23,110 nucleotides of DNA from Chlorobiales bacterium (GCA_014380515.1 JACMJS010000015.1:1-23110); one strand, 5' to 3'; shown: positions 8,993 through 18,075, counted from the first letter of the stretch. Notes: a model not told the origin generated them from the letters alone. Program-made: numbers and translations.

Positions 8993-9318
8993 TGTTGAAT
9001 TTTAGTTTGAACTATTTGAAAAAATTCTTTGGCTTTAGTCAGTTGCCGCTCTATTCTTTTTCGGCCAACTTCTATGACTTGATAGTCTGCGACTTCTCTT
9101 AACTCCCGGAGCGTTTCAAGATAGTCGGCATAATGATTCGGATAGATTTTGCGGCGATGAATAAGTTCGGTAACGAAAGTAACGGCAACCCATTTGTGAT
9201 TGTTCCGCTGTTTGGCGTCTAAAATTCCGGCGTGTGCGAGAGCCGCAATGGCTGCGTGAAAGGCGGAGTAATATGCACGATTAGCGGCATCCTCGAACAA
9301 ATCATTTTCAAAAAGCAG
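8989..9318 (-). CDS. HEPN-domain protein (Rx4-6H motif)
   Basis: All-helical sequence (DAANRAYYSAFHAAIAALAHAGI...) with an Rx5H motif (RRKIYPNH). The ORF is formally open up to ATG 9429 but would then overlap the upstream TPR gene by about 100 nt, and the extra N-terminus is P/S/T-rich junk. The real start is probably internal (CTG 9318 or TTG 9300), so the start is uncertain. Confidence 0.6.
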   Translation of the reverse strand: MLFENDLFEDAANRAYYSAFHAAIAALAHAGILDAKQRNNHKWVAVTFVTELIHRRKIYPNHYADYLETLRELREVADYQVIEVGRKRIERQLTKAKEFFQIVQTKIQQ

Positions 9319-9325
9319 AGCGTCA

Positions 9326-10519
9326 TCAATTTTTTCCGAGCAATTCTTTCGCGCGTTTGCCCGCTTCGGTATTGGGGTCGAGGGCGAGGGCGGCTTCCCA
9401 GAATTTTTTGGCGTCGTCGGTGCGGCCAATCTGCGCGTTGAGAATACCCATGTTGAGATTGGCTTTCTGATGCGTCGGGTTTTCAGTTACGGCCTGCTTC
9501 ATCTGCTCGACGCTGCGGCGCATTTGTCCGGCGTTGAGCAAACAAATTGAAAGGTCAACGCGGGCATCGGTATTTTTCGAGTCCAGTTCCAACGCCTTTT
9601 CATACATCGTAACCGCTTTTTCGTAGGCTTTACCGTCGTCATAAAGATTGGCCGCGCGCAAGAAAAGTTTGGCGTCGGGTTTGTTTTCACCGACGGAAAG
9701 TTCGGCGAACATTTTTGCATAATCCCCGGCCAAGTCCAAGCGTCCGATTTGAACATATTCTCCGATCAATGAACCGGCGAAAGGCAACTTGCGCTTCGCA
9801 TCGGCAGCCGCTTCAAACTGTTTGCGCAGGGTGTCGATGCGGTCTAAGGCGGCTTTGTCAGCAGTGATGAGCGGGGCCGGAGCGGGCGACGTGCTTTCCC
9901 CACTTCCCGTAGAGCCGCTCTGGGCGGGGTTCTGCGGCATTCCGTTTTGCGGTGATGCGGTTGGGTCGCCTGCGTCGCCAAGCGGCGTGCGTCCGTTTGA
10001 GTTCGGCTGCACGGGTCTTGCTTCCGCGCCCGCGCCCGCCGCGCCCGATAAATCAAATCCCTTCGCGCCCGATGCGAAACCGCGCCAGCCTGCGACGGCG
10101 AACAGCGCAAAGGCTAAGGCCGCAACACCGAGCGAGATGTAAATTTGTTGCCGTGTTTTTACAAGTGCCGCTTCGGATTTCGCCGATGCCTTTGATGACT
10201 TTACCGGCTTTACAGCATTCAGCGTTGCAACGGCGTTGATACTTGCGCCGCAGTTCATGCAGAACTTGGCTTCGCGCGGATTTTCCGTGCCGCATTCGGT
10301 GCAAAACATTTTTGATTTCACCGTCTTTGCTGCAACCGATTCTTCCGCCGCCGCTTTTTCGGCAACTGCTTTTTCAGCGATTGCTTTTTCAGCGGTGAAG
10401 TCTAATTCACTGCCGCAGTTGTGACAGAACTCATCGGCGGGTAATACCCGCGCGCCGCAAAAAGAACATGAAAGTTTCTTTGGCGGGGCTGGCGATTCGG
10501 GTGATACGGACGCGCTCAT
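9326..10519 (-). CDS. Membrane-anchored protein with two N-terminal zinc-ribbon motifs, one TM helix, a Pro/Gly/Ala-rich linker and C-terminal TPR repeats
   Basis: CSFCGARVLPADEFCHNCG and CTECGTENPREAKFCMNCG (two CxxC...CxxC ribbons). TM helix IYISLGVAALAFALFAVAGW. C-terminal TPR-like repeats (AANLYDDGKAYEKAVTMYEKALELD, NMGILNAQIGRTDDAKKFWEAALALDP). Its start ATG immediately abuts the HU stop (TAGATG). Confidence 0.75.
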   Translation of the reverse strand: MSASVSPESPAPPKKLSCSFCGARVLPADEFCHNCGSELDFTAEKAIAEKAVAEKAAAEESVAAKTVKSKMFCTECGTENPREAKFCMNCGASINAVATLNAVKPVKSSKASAKSEAALVKTRQQIYISLGVAALAFALFAVAGWRGFASGAKGFDLSGAAGAGAEARPVQPNSNGRTPLGDAGDPTASPQNGMPQNPAQSGSTGSGESTSPAPAPLITADKAALDRIDTLRKQFEAAADAKRKLPFAGSLIGEYVQIGRLDLAGDYAKMFAELSVGENKPDAKLFLRAANLYDDGKAYEKAVTMYEKALELDSKNTDARVDLSICLLNAGQMRRSVEQMKQAVTENPTHQKANLNMGILNAQIGRTDDAKKFWEAALALDPNTEAGKRAKELLGKN

Positions 10520-10813
10520 CTATTTTATTTTCTTCAACTTTTCGCTCACCGCATTCTTGAAGTCTTTCGAAATCTTGAACGTCGGGACGAATTTTTCTTT
10601 AACGATCACTTGCTCGCCCGTGCGCGGGTTGCGCGCGAGCCGCTTGTTTTTCTTACGCACATTGAACGTGCCGAACCCCCTGATCTCAATGTGCTCACCG
10701 GCCTTGAGGGTTTCAATCACGGCGGCGATAAAGCCATCGACCACCGTTTCGGTTTCCTGCTTCGTCAGGCCGGTCTGCGCGGCGACGATGCTTACGACAT
10801 CTGCTTTCGTCAA
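10520..10813 (-). CDS. hup: HU family nucleoid-associated DNA-binding protein
   Basis: MTKADVVSIVAAQTGLTKQETETVVDGFIAAVIETLKAGEHIEIRGFGTFNVRKKNKRLARNPRTGEQV is the canonical HU/IHF fold signature (GFGxF, RNPxTGE). Confidence 0.9.
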   Translation of the reverse strand: MTKADVVSIVAAQTGLTKQETETVVDGFIAAVIETLKAGEHIEIRGFGTFNVRKKNKRLARNPRTGEQVIVKEKFVPTFKISKDFKNAVSEKLKKIK

Positions 10814-11035
10814 AAGGTACTCCTGTTTTGTATTTGATAGTGTATCGGTTTTTCAAAAATGTACGTCCTTCTTTCAATCTGGCTAAGCATCAGTGCGGTT
10901 CAAAAAAACATCGGCAAGGGAGAAATAAAACTGTGCAGCAATGGGATTGAAATCGCGGTGTGGTGAATTAAGGCAATACATGTAAAATGCAAAGATACTT
11001 CGGAGGCGATACAATTTCTACGGCTGCCAAGGCGT

Positions 11036-11404
11036 CTACTTATCAAAGAAAAGTTTTGCGGCGATGAGCAAGAGCAGTACGGCGAACGCTTTTCGAAGCA
11101 CCTCTACCGGCAAAGTGAGCGCAAGTTTCGATCCGAAAAACGAACCGACGACCAATCCCGCCGCAATGATCAGACCAAAGCGGATTTGATCCATGTTGAT
11201 CTTTCCTGCGTTGTAATACTGAATCACGCCCAGAATACCGACCGGCATCAAGAACACGACGAGCGACGTTGCGGTTGCGGTTTGCTGTGGAAATCCGAAC
11301 AGCAGCACGAGCGCGGGCACAATCACCACGCCGCCGCCGATGCCGAACATTCCCGATAAAACGCCAGCGCAAAGTCCCGTCAAAAGCAAGTAAACAATTT
11401 GCAT
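11036..11404 (-). CDS. Half-size TSUP (TauE/SafE, DUF81) family membrane protein, 4 predicted TM helices
   Basis: MQIVYLLLTGLCAGVLSGMFGIGGGVVIVPALVLLFG contains the GxGGG motif of TSUP repeat unit 1. It is only about 122 aa from the internal ATG at 11404 (the ORF is open to 11461). No second repeat unit is encoded downstream. Confidence 0.6.
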   Translation of the reverse strand: MQIVYLLLTGLCAGVLSGMFGIGGGVVIVPALVLLFGFPQQTATATSLVVFLMPVGILGVIQYYNAGKINMDQIRFGLIIAAGLVVGSFFGSKLALTLPVEVLRKAFAVLLLLIAAKLFFDK

Positions 11405-11426
11405 GGTTTCACTTTTGCAGATTTCC

Positions 11427-13460
11427 TCAAGCCGCACTTGGTGACACCGCGTTACCATCATCGGCGATGACGCGGTCGATTTCTTCGTTGCTGAGTGTTT
11501 CCTTCTCGATTAAAATTTTTGCCAAGCGGTGTAAAGTTTCCGTGTGCTTGATCAAAATATCGCGGGCGTTTTGCATACACTCCGAAATGATGCGTTTGAT
11601 TTCGGCGTCGATGGCAACGGCGGTGTCTTCGCTGTAGTCGCGTGCTCTACCCATATCGCGGCCAAGAAAAACTTCCTGCTGCTTGGCGCCATAACTGAGC
11701 GGCCCCATGGCGTCGCTCATGCCCCACTCGCAAACCATCTTGCGGGCGAGTTCGGTCGCGCGTTCGATGTCGTTGCCCGCGCCGGTCGAGATTTCATTGT
11801 AAATAATTTCTTCCGCCGCCCGTCCGCCGAGCGCGTAGGTGATCATCGCAAGTAAATACTTGCGCGTGTAAGTGTGCTTGTCTTCCGGCAAGTAGGAAGT
11901 GATGCCGAGCGCACGCCCCCGCGGAATGATCGTAACCTTGTGCACGGGGTCGGAGCCTTCGGTGAATTTGGCGACGAGCACGTGGCCGGATTCGTGATAC
12001 GACGTAACCTCTTTATCCTTCGGCGAAATGACGGCGGATTTCCGCTCCGCACCCATCATCACTTTATCGCGGGCGTCCTCGAGATCAGCATTGGTGATAT
12101 TTTCGTGGCTGCGGCGAGCGGCGAGCAGCGTGGCTTCATTGACGAGGTTGGCGAGGTCGGCACCCGCAAAGCCCGGCGTGCCTTTGGCGATGGTTTTCAA
12201 ATTGGCGTCTTCGCCGAGCGGGACGTTGCGCGTATGAATTTTCAAAATCGCTTCGCGGCCTTTGATGTCGGGTTTATCGACGACGACTTGCCGGTCGAAG
12301 CGGCCCGGCCTGAGCAGCGCGGAATCCAACACATCGGGACGGTTGGTTGCGGCGATCAGAATGACGTTTTCAGTTGTGCTGAAGCCGTCCATTTCTACAA
12401 GCAATTGATTGAGGGTTTGTTCGCGCTCGTCGTGGCCGCCGCCGAGACCTGCGCCGCGCTGACGGCCAACGGCATCGATCTCATCGATAAAAATAATGCA
12501 CGGGGCGTTGCGCTTGGCCTGCTCGAACAAATCCCGTACGCGCGATGCGCCCACGCCGACGAACATCTCAACGAAATCCGCGCCCGACATTGAAAAGAAC
12601 GGCACACCCGCTTCGCCCGCGACGGCCTTTGCTAAAAGGGTTTTGCCCGTGCCCGGCGCGCCGAGCAGAAGCACGCCGCGCGGAATTTTGCCGCCGAGTT
12701 TCTGATACTTTTCCGGCTCGCGCAAAAACTCAACGATCTCTTCCAACTCGCCTTTGGCTTCGTCCGCACCGGCGACGTCGGAAAATGTAACTTTGGTGTC
12801 GGCTTCAGTAACCATCTTGGCGCGGGAGCGGCCAAAGTTGAAGACGTTTTTCGCCGCGCCGTTCTGAGCGTTCATCCGCCGCATGATCGTAAAATAAAAA
12901 ACGCCGATAAGCACCCACGGCAGGAAGCCGATGAGTTCCTGCGTCCAATCGATGGCAGGCTCGTTGATGGTTACGCGAATGTTTTTCGCCGTCAGTTCAT
13001 TGACGAGCGCCAGGTCGGCCTCGGGGAGTTTGACGCGGAAGGTGAGCGTTTGCTTGTGCGTGCGGTTGGTCAGCGTGAGGTCTTCATATTTTTTCAGAAC
13101 GCCGCGCATCACGCTTGATCCGAATTGAGATTTCTCGATGATGCACTCTTCGATGAAATCGGACGTAAGCAGCCGCCGATATTCATTGTATGAAATTTCG
13201 GGTTCCGCTTGTTCAGGGCCGGGAAACAGCCGGGAGACGAGAATGAACGCGCCGATGATCACCGCGCCGTAGATCAGCAAACGGAACGTGCGTTTGAAAC
13301 CATCGTCGCCACCGGCAGGCGAGCCGCCGCCGTTATCGAAGCCACCGAAAGGTGAATTGCCGGTTTCGCGCACGGGCTTAAACTTACCGCGCGGGTCGGG
13401 ACGCTTTTTCGGCAAAGGTTTCGGTAAGGGTTTGTCGGTGGTGTTTCTTTCGTCAGCCAT
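11427..13460 (-). CDS. ftsH: ATP-dependent zinc metalloprotease FtsH
   Basis: Walker [12 protein letters not shown]. Walker B/SRH ([37 protein letters not shown]). Zn-binding HESGH. N-terminal TM helices. It sits downstream of hpt, as in the conserved tilS-hpt-ftsH arrangement. Confidence 0.95.
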   Translation of the reverse strand: MADERNTTDKPLPKPLPKKRPDPRGKFKPVRETGNSPFGGFDNGGGSPAGGDDGFKRTFRLLIYGAVIIGAFILVSRLFPGPEQAEPEISYNEYRRLLTSDFIEECIIEKSQFGSSVMRGVLKKYEDLTLTNRTHKQTLTFRVKLPEADLALVNELTAKNIRVTINEPAIDWTQELIGFLPWVLIGVFYFTIMRRMNAQNGAAKNVFNFGRSRAKMVTEADTKVTFSDVAGADEAKGELEEIVEFLREPEKYQKLGGKIPRGVLLLGAPGTGKTLLAKAVAGEAGVPFFSMSGADFVEMFVGVGASRVRDLFEQAKRNAPCIIFIDEIDAVGRQRGAGLGGGHDEREQTLNQLLVEMDGFSTTENVILIAATNRPDVLDSALLRPGRFDRQVVVDKPDIKGREAILKIHTRNVPLGEDANLKTIAKGTPGFAGADLANLVNEATLLAARRSHENITNADLEDARDKVMMGAERKSAVISPKDKEVTSYHESGHVLVAKFTEGSDPVHKVTIIPRGRALGITSYLPEDKHTYTRKYLLAMITYALGGRAAEEIIYNEISTGAGNDIERATELARKMVCEWGMSDAMGPLSYGAKQQEVFLGRDMGRARDYSEDTAVAIDAEIKRIISECMQNARDILIKHTETLHRLAKILIEKETLSNEEIDRVIADDGNAVSPSAA

Positions 13461-13547
13461 AAAAAATTAAATCAAAAAGTTTGGGCAAAGTTGCCGGTGG
13501 AAAACGTTGTTGGTTTGATTTACGATTCGGCGGGTCCGTGGCCGTCT

Positions 13548-13608
13548 TTCCGGTTGGCTATTCGGCCAACTTGCAAGTATTTTTCGCGTTGGCTATTCGG
13601 CCAACTTG
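13548..13608. repeat. Two tandem copies (35-bp period) of a unit containing the palindrome GTTGGC-TATTCG-GCCAAC; copy 2 overlaps the hpt stop codon
   Basis: The 20-mer TTGGCTATTCGGCCAACTTG occurs at 13554-13573 and 13589-13608, with similar flanks. The minus-strand reading of both copies ends in ...KLAE-stop. Confidence 0.8.
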
Positions 13609-14219
13609 TAAATGTCTTTCAGGTTGCGTTTCAATTGTTGGTAGTCCAAACCGTAGCCGATGACAAAATGTTTCGGAATCTTAAAGCCGATGTAGTCAAC
13701 TTCAAACTCAAGTTTGGCGACTTCTTCTTTATAGAGCAGCGTGCAAAACCGCAGGCTTGCAGGCCGGAGCGTCAGCAATTGGCGGCGGATGTAGTTCATC
13801 GACAGGCCGGAATCCACGATGTCTTCAACGACGATGATGTCGCGTCCGGCGAGTTTGGCATCGACGGATTTCAGGAGCTGGACGTTGCCGGAAGAAATTT
13901 TCGCATCGCCGTAACTGGAAAGTTTGAAGAAATCCATTTCAACATCAAGATCAACTTCTCGAATCAAATCGGCGAGAAAAATAAATGCGCCGTTGAGAAT
14001 GCCGATGAAGATAGGCCGTTTGCCCGCGTAGTCTTTCTCGATCTCTGCGCCAAGTTCCTTGATGCGGGCGGCGATTGCGGCGGCGGAAAGATAGAGTTCG
14101 AAATGATCATCGCCGATCACGACCGTCGGTAATGATGCGGGCACGGACGGGACGGCGGGCTGAGGCTGCGGCACAGAGGTTTGGTTTGGCGTTGAAAAAG
14201 TTTTTATCAGTGCCGCCAA
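13593..14219 (-). CDS. hpt: Hypoxanthine(-guanine) phosphoribosyltransferase with about 35-aa Pro/Gln-rich N-terminal extension
   Basis: PRPP-binding motif IIVVEDIVDSGLS. Family blocks (IFIGILNGAFIFLADLIRE, FEVDYIGFKIPKHFVIGYGLDY). The N-terminal TPNQTSVPQPQPAVPSVPASLP is atypical and may reflect a later real start at a non-ATG codon. Confidence 0.9.
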   Translation of the reverse strand: MAALIKTFSTPNQTSVPQPQPAVPSVPASLPTVVIGDDHFELYLSAAAIAARIKELGAEIEKDYAGKRPIFIGILNGAFIFLADLIREVDLDVEMDFFKLSSYGDAKISSGNVQLLKSVDAKLAGRDIIVVEDIVDSGLSMNYIRRQLLTLRPASLRFCTLLYKEEVAKLEFEVDYIGFKIPKHFVIGYGLDYQQLKRNLKDIYKLAE

Positions 14220-14260
14220 TATACACGCCGCCCCGAAACTTTTACATTCCGCCTCAGCCT

Positions 14261-14347
14261 GTCATTCCGAACACAGTAAAGAATCCCAAAACCTTGTTTC
14301 CGAAAATGAGGGATTCTTCATTTCGCTTCCGCTTCATTCAGAATGAC
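14261..14347. repeat. MITE/REP-like hairpin element, copy A (nested inverted repeats GTCATTCCGAA...TTCAGAATGAC and AAGAATCCC...GGGATTCTT)
   Basis: Outer IR at 14261-14271 / 14337-14347. Inner IR at 14278-14287 / 14310-14318. It lies in the hpt-gltX divergent intergenic region and is related to the element at 16031-16132. Confidence 0.7.
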
Positions 14348-14470
14348 ATCGCTGATGCTATTAAGTTGGGAGAAGGCTCGTCCTTTTTTTAGATTGAAAA
14401 TCAATTTTTTTGACTCGAAGACTCATCAGCCTCTGGCTGACATTCATCATTTTTCATTGCTCAATAAACT

Positions 14471-16018
14471 ATGACTTTACCTCGCGTTCGTTTTGCACCG
14501 TCGCCGACGGGTTACTTGCATGTCGGAGGGCTTCGCACCGCGCTTTATAATTACCTCTTCGCCAAAAAACATGGCGGCACGTTTGTGCTGCGCATCGAAG
14601 ACACCGATCAAACGCGGCTCGTCGAAGGCGCGGTCAAAAATCTCATCGAAGTTTTAGAATGGGCAGGCCTCACGCCCGATGAAAGTCCCGAACTTAACGG
14701 TAAGGGCGGCGGCGCGTTCGGTCCGTACGTACAATCGAAGCGGCTGGAAATTTACAAACGGCATTGCGAGATTCTGGTCAAGTCCGGCAACGCCTATCAC
14801 TGTTTTTCGACGGCGGAAGAATTGGAAGAAGTTCGAAAACTTCAGCAGAAGCAAGGCTTGCAACCGAAGTACAACCGCAAGTGGTTGCCGGAATCACTCG
14901 GCGGCGGCGCGCCGGAAAGCGAAATCAAACGCAGGCTTGATGCGGGCGAACCACACGCCATACGCATGAAAGTGCCCGATAACCGCATCATTAAAGTTGA
15001 GGACATCGTGCGCGGCACGGTTGAGTTTGCGTCGGAAACCATCGATGATCAAGTGCTGATGAAATCCGACGGCTTCCCGACGTATCACCTCGCCAACGTG
15101 GTTGATGATCACCTGATGCAAATCACGCATGTCATTCGCGGCGAAGAATGGCTGTCGTCCACGCCGAAGCACGTGTTGCTTTATGAATTTTTCGGCGCGG
15201 CGGCGGAGCCGCAAGACAATTGGGCACCGCCTCTGTTCGCACACTTGCCGCTCTTACTCAATCCCGACCGGACGAAACTTTCAAAGCGGCAGGGCGATGT
15301 GGCGGTTGAAGATTACCGCGCGAAAGGCTACAGCAAAGAAGCGTTGATCAATTTTGTCGCGTTGCTCGGCTGGAACGAAGGCGGCGGCAGCGAACAGGAA
15401 ATTTTTTCGATGGATGAACTCGTTGAAAAGTTTTCGCTGGAGCATGTCGGTAAATCGGGCGCGGTGTTCAACATCGAAAAACTGGATTGGGTCGAGCAGC
15501 AGCATATCAAACGGTCGACGGACGCGGTGCTAGCGGCGAAAATCAAACCGATGCTTTTGGATGCGCTTAAAAACAAATCGGCAGAGTTGCCGGTTGAAGT
15601 CATCACCGGCGATTTGTATTTGGAGCAGGTTGCGGCGCAGATGAAAGAGCGGGTGAATTTTATTTCAGAGTTTATCACTTTCAGCAGTTACTTTTTTTTC
15701 GAGCCTGAAACATATGAGCCGGAGGCGGTCAAGAAGCGGTGGACGCCTGAAACGAACGCCTTGCTGACGGAGTTCGGCTTGCAGTTGGAAGCGGTGCAGC
15801 CGTTCGCGGCGGCGGAGATTGAGGCTGCATTAAAAACTTTTGCCGAATCGAAGGGTCTCAAACCCGCCGCCCTTGTACATCCGCTTCGTCTATCGACGAC
15901 CGGCACGAGTTTCGGGCCGAGCCTGTATCACCTGATGGAAATCATCGGCAAAGACGCCTGCATGCGCCGCATCAAACGCGCCGCCCTGCGCATTACCGCC
16001 GACGCCGTGCCTTCATAG
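14471..16018 (+). CDS. gltX: Glutamate--tRNA ligase (glutamyl-tRNA synthetase)
   Basis: Class I HIGH motif ([18 protein letters not shown]). KMSKS variant (KLSKRQG). Family block [12 protein letters not shown]. Confidence 0.95.
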   Translation: MTLPRVRFAPSPTGYLHVGGLRTALYNYLFAKKHGGTFVLRIEDTDQTRLVEGAVKNLIEVLEWAGLTPDESPELNGKGGGAFGPYVQSKRLEIYKRHCEILVKSGNAYHCFSTAEELEEVRKLQQKQGLQPKYNRKWLPESLGGGAPESEIKRRLDAGEPHAIRMKVPDNRIIKVEDIVRGTVEFASETIDDQVLMKSDGFPTYHLANVVDDHLMQITHVIRGEEWLSSTPKHVLLYEFFGAAAEPQDNWAPPLFAHLPLLLNPDRTKLSKRQGDVAVEDYRAKGYSKEALINFVALLGWNEGGGSEQEIFSMDELVEKFSLEHVGKSGAVFNIEKLDWVEQQHIKRSTDAVLAAKIKPMLLDALKNKSAELPVEVITGDLYLEQVAAQMKERVNFISEFITFSSYFFFEPETYEPEAVKKRWTPETNALLTEFGLQLEAVQPFAAAEIEAALKTFAESKGLKPAALVHPLRLSTTGTSFGPSLYHLMEIIGKDACMRRIKRAALRITADAVPS

Positions 16019-16030
16019 TTTTTACCGGTT

Positions 16031-16132
16031 GTCATTCTGAATGGAGCGCAAGCGGAATGAAGAATCTGCATTCGAATCGCAGAAGACTTCAGGAGACTTT
16101 AAATGCAGATTCTTCGCTGCGCTCGTAATGAC
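16031..16132. repeat. MITE/REP-like hairpin element, copy B, with about 30-bp terminal inverted repeats (GTCATT..GAGCGCA(A)GCG..AAGAATCTGC)
   Basis: 16031-16069 is the near-perfect reverse complement of 16105-16132. The left arm (GTCATTCTGAATGGAGCGCAAGCGGAATGAAGAATC) is the reverse complement-like counterpart of 14310-14347 in copy A. It lies immediately after the gltX stop. Confidence 0.7.
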
Positions 16133-16200
16133 ATACAGAAAAGTTGATTACCGTTTTTCACCTTGTTCATTCGATTCACCTGAGAAAAAAAATCACCTAA

Positions 16201-17196
16201 ATGAAAGTTGCGATCATCCTCAACTCGAAGGCGGGTTCCGTCGACGGAAATTCACCGCCCGAAAACCTCATTTCACTTTTTAAAGCGCATGGCGCGGATG
16301 CCGAAGTCTTCGCCGTTGGTGGTAAAGACTTGCAAGATGCGGCGAAGCGCGCGGCGGATTCCGGCTTCGATGTCGTTGTCGCTGCGGGCGGCGACGGCAC
16401 GGTGAGCGCGGTTACGTGCGCACTTGTCGGTATGGATACCGTGATGGGCGTTTTGCCGCTCGGCACGCTCAACCACTTTTCGAAAGACGCCGGTATTCCT
16501 GCCGCGCTTGAAGACGCGGTGAAACTCATTGCGACAGGAACCGCGCAGCCCGTTGATGTTGCGGAAGTGAATGGCATGCACTTCATCAACAACTCGTCGA
16601 TTGGTCTTTATCCTAAAATGGTAAAGGAGCGCGACAAGCAGCAGGAGCAACTCAGCCGCGGCAAATGGCCTGCAATGTTTTCCGCCGCAGTGATGGTGTT
16701 TCAACGCTTGCCCGTCATCGGCGTGCGGCTGAAGAAAGATGACAACGGCACGGTGCGCACGGCGGTTCACCGCACGCCGTTCGTCTTCATCGGCAACAAC
16801 GCCTACGAGATGAACGTCTTCACGCTCGGCACGCGCAAATCCATTCAAGGCGGCAAACTTTCTCTTTATACAGCGCGCGACAATGGCCTCGGCGGATTCC
16901 TCAAAATTTTTTGGCACATCTTATTAGGCCGCATCGGGCGGCGGCAAAACTTTCAGACGGAAGATTTCGAGTTTCAATTGCTCGATGAGTTGGAGATCGA
17001 AACCAAACGTAAAACGCTCGATGTTTCGCTCGATGGCGAAGTGCGAAAAATGAAACCGCCGCTGCATTACAAACTGCACCCCAAAGCCCTACGCGTCGTG
17101 ATGCCGCAGCAAGAGCCGGAAACTACAGGCGAAGCGGATGCGAAAGATACCGGGGCAAAGCCTGCCACCGAAGTATCAAAACCGGAGGTGCGATGA
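16201..17196 (+). CDS. Diacylglycerol-kinase catalytic-domain family lipid kinase (YegS/BmrU/LCB5-like)
   Basis: DAGK_cat signatures: MKVAIILNSKAGS, VVVAAGGDGTVSAV, LGVLPLGTLNHFSKD. It is about 330 aa with a C-terminal extension. Confidence 0.8.
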   Translation: MKVAIILNSKAGSVDGNSPPENLISLFKAHGADAEVFAVGGKDLQDAAKRAADSGFDVVVAAGGDGTVSAVTCALVGMDTVMGVLPLGTLNHFSKDAGIPAALEDAVKLIATGTAQPVDVAEVNGMHFINNSSIGLYPKMVKERDKQQEQLSRGKWPAMFSAAVMVFQRLPVIGVRLKKDDNGTVRTAVHRTPFVFIGNNAYEMNVFTLGTRKSIQGGKLSLYTARDNGLGGFLKIFWHILLGRIGRRQNFQTEDFEFQLLDELEIETKRKTLDVSLDGEVRKMKPPLHYKLHPKALRVVMPQQEPETTGEADAKDTGAKPATEVSKPEVR

Positions 17197-18065
17197 AAAC
17201 AATTGCCCACATTTCCGATTTGCATTTCGGCGCGATTGATATGACGGTGGTCGATGGTTTGCTGCGCGATCTGGCTGCGCTCGCGCCGTCGCTCATCGTC
17301 ATCAGCGGCGACTTGACCCAGCGGGCAACGGATGAAGAGTTCATGGCTGCAAAGGAATTTCTGCGCGCCTTGCCTTCGACCTATCTCGTCATTCCGGGCA
17401 ACCACGATGTACCGCTCTATAGATTTTGGGAACGCATCTTTGATCCGTTCGGCAATTACAAAACATATATTTCCGAGACGCTCGATCCGCTCTATTCCGA
17501 TGAAGAGATCGCGGTGCTCGGCCTCAACACCGCGCGGCGGTTTCCGATTGTCGACGGGCGTATTTCGCTCTCGCAGATTGCCGATATGAAATCGAAGTTC
17601 GCTTTGCTCGGTGATAACATTTTCAAAGTCGTCGTAACCCATCACCCGCTTGTGCCGCCCGCAGGCAAGGAACAGGATGCGGGGCACAAAGGCGAGACCG
17701 GACGGGCGATGCTTGCGCTCGGTGTAACCGATGAATCGGGCGTTGACTTGCTGCTTTCGGGACACTTGCATTTTGCGAGCAACCATGATACGAGCCTTCA
17801 GTATCCGGCCTTGAAACGTTCGGCGGTGGTGGTTCAAGCGGGCACAGCGACGTCAACCAGACGGCGCGGCGAGCCGAATGCGTTCAACTTTTTTGTGATC
17901 GAGCACCATAAATTTTCGCTTACCGTGCGCGCGTGGGACGGCACAAATTTCCAACCGACCAGCGGCGCGGATTTTGAAAAAGACCCGCTGACCCTGAAGT
18001 GGCACCGCATCGTTGAACCCAATCTGCCGCCGCGCGCGCAGCCGGACGTCGTGTCGGAGAAATGA
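17193..18065 (+). CDS. Calcineurin-like metallophosphoesterase
   Basis: Metal-binding motifs ISDLHFG, ISGDLTQ, IPGNHD, VVTHHPL, LSGHLH. Its start overlaps the upstream lipid-kinase stop by 4 nt (ATGA). Confidence 0.85.
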   Translation: MKTIAHISDLHFGAIDMTVVDGLLRDLAALAPSLIVISGDLTQRATDEEFMAAKEFLRALPSTYLVIPGNHDVPLYRFWERIFDPFGNYKTYISETLDPLYSDEEIAVLGLNTARRFPIVDGRISLSQIADMKSKFALLGDNIFKVVVTHHPLVPPAGKEQDAGHKGETGRAMLALGVTDESGVDLLLSGHLHFASNHDTSLQYPALKRSAVVVQAGTATSTRRRGEPNAFNFFVIEHHKFSLTVRAWDGTNFQPTSGADFEKDPLTLKWHRIVEPNLPPRAQPDVVSEK

Positions 18066-18075
18066 ATCTTTGTTC

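Noticed and set aside
13554-13577. Possible sigma-54 (-24/-12) promoter in TTGGC...TTGCA of the tandem repeat
   Set aside because: The GG to GC spacing is 17 nt, not the required 10-12 nt, and the orientation points into the 3' end of hpt. It does not fit the consensus.
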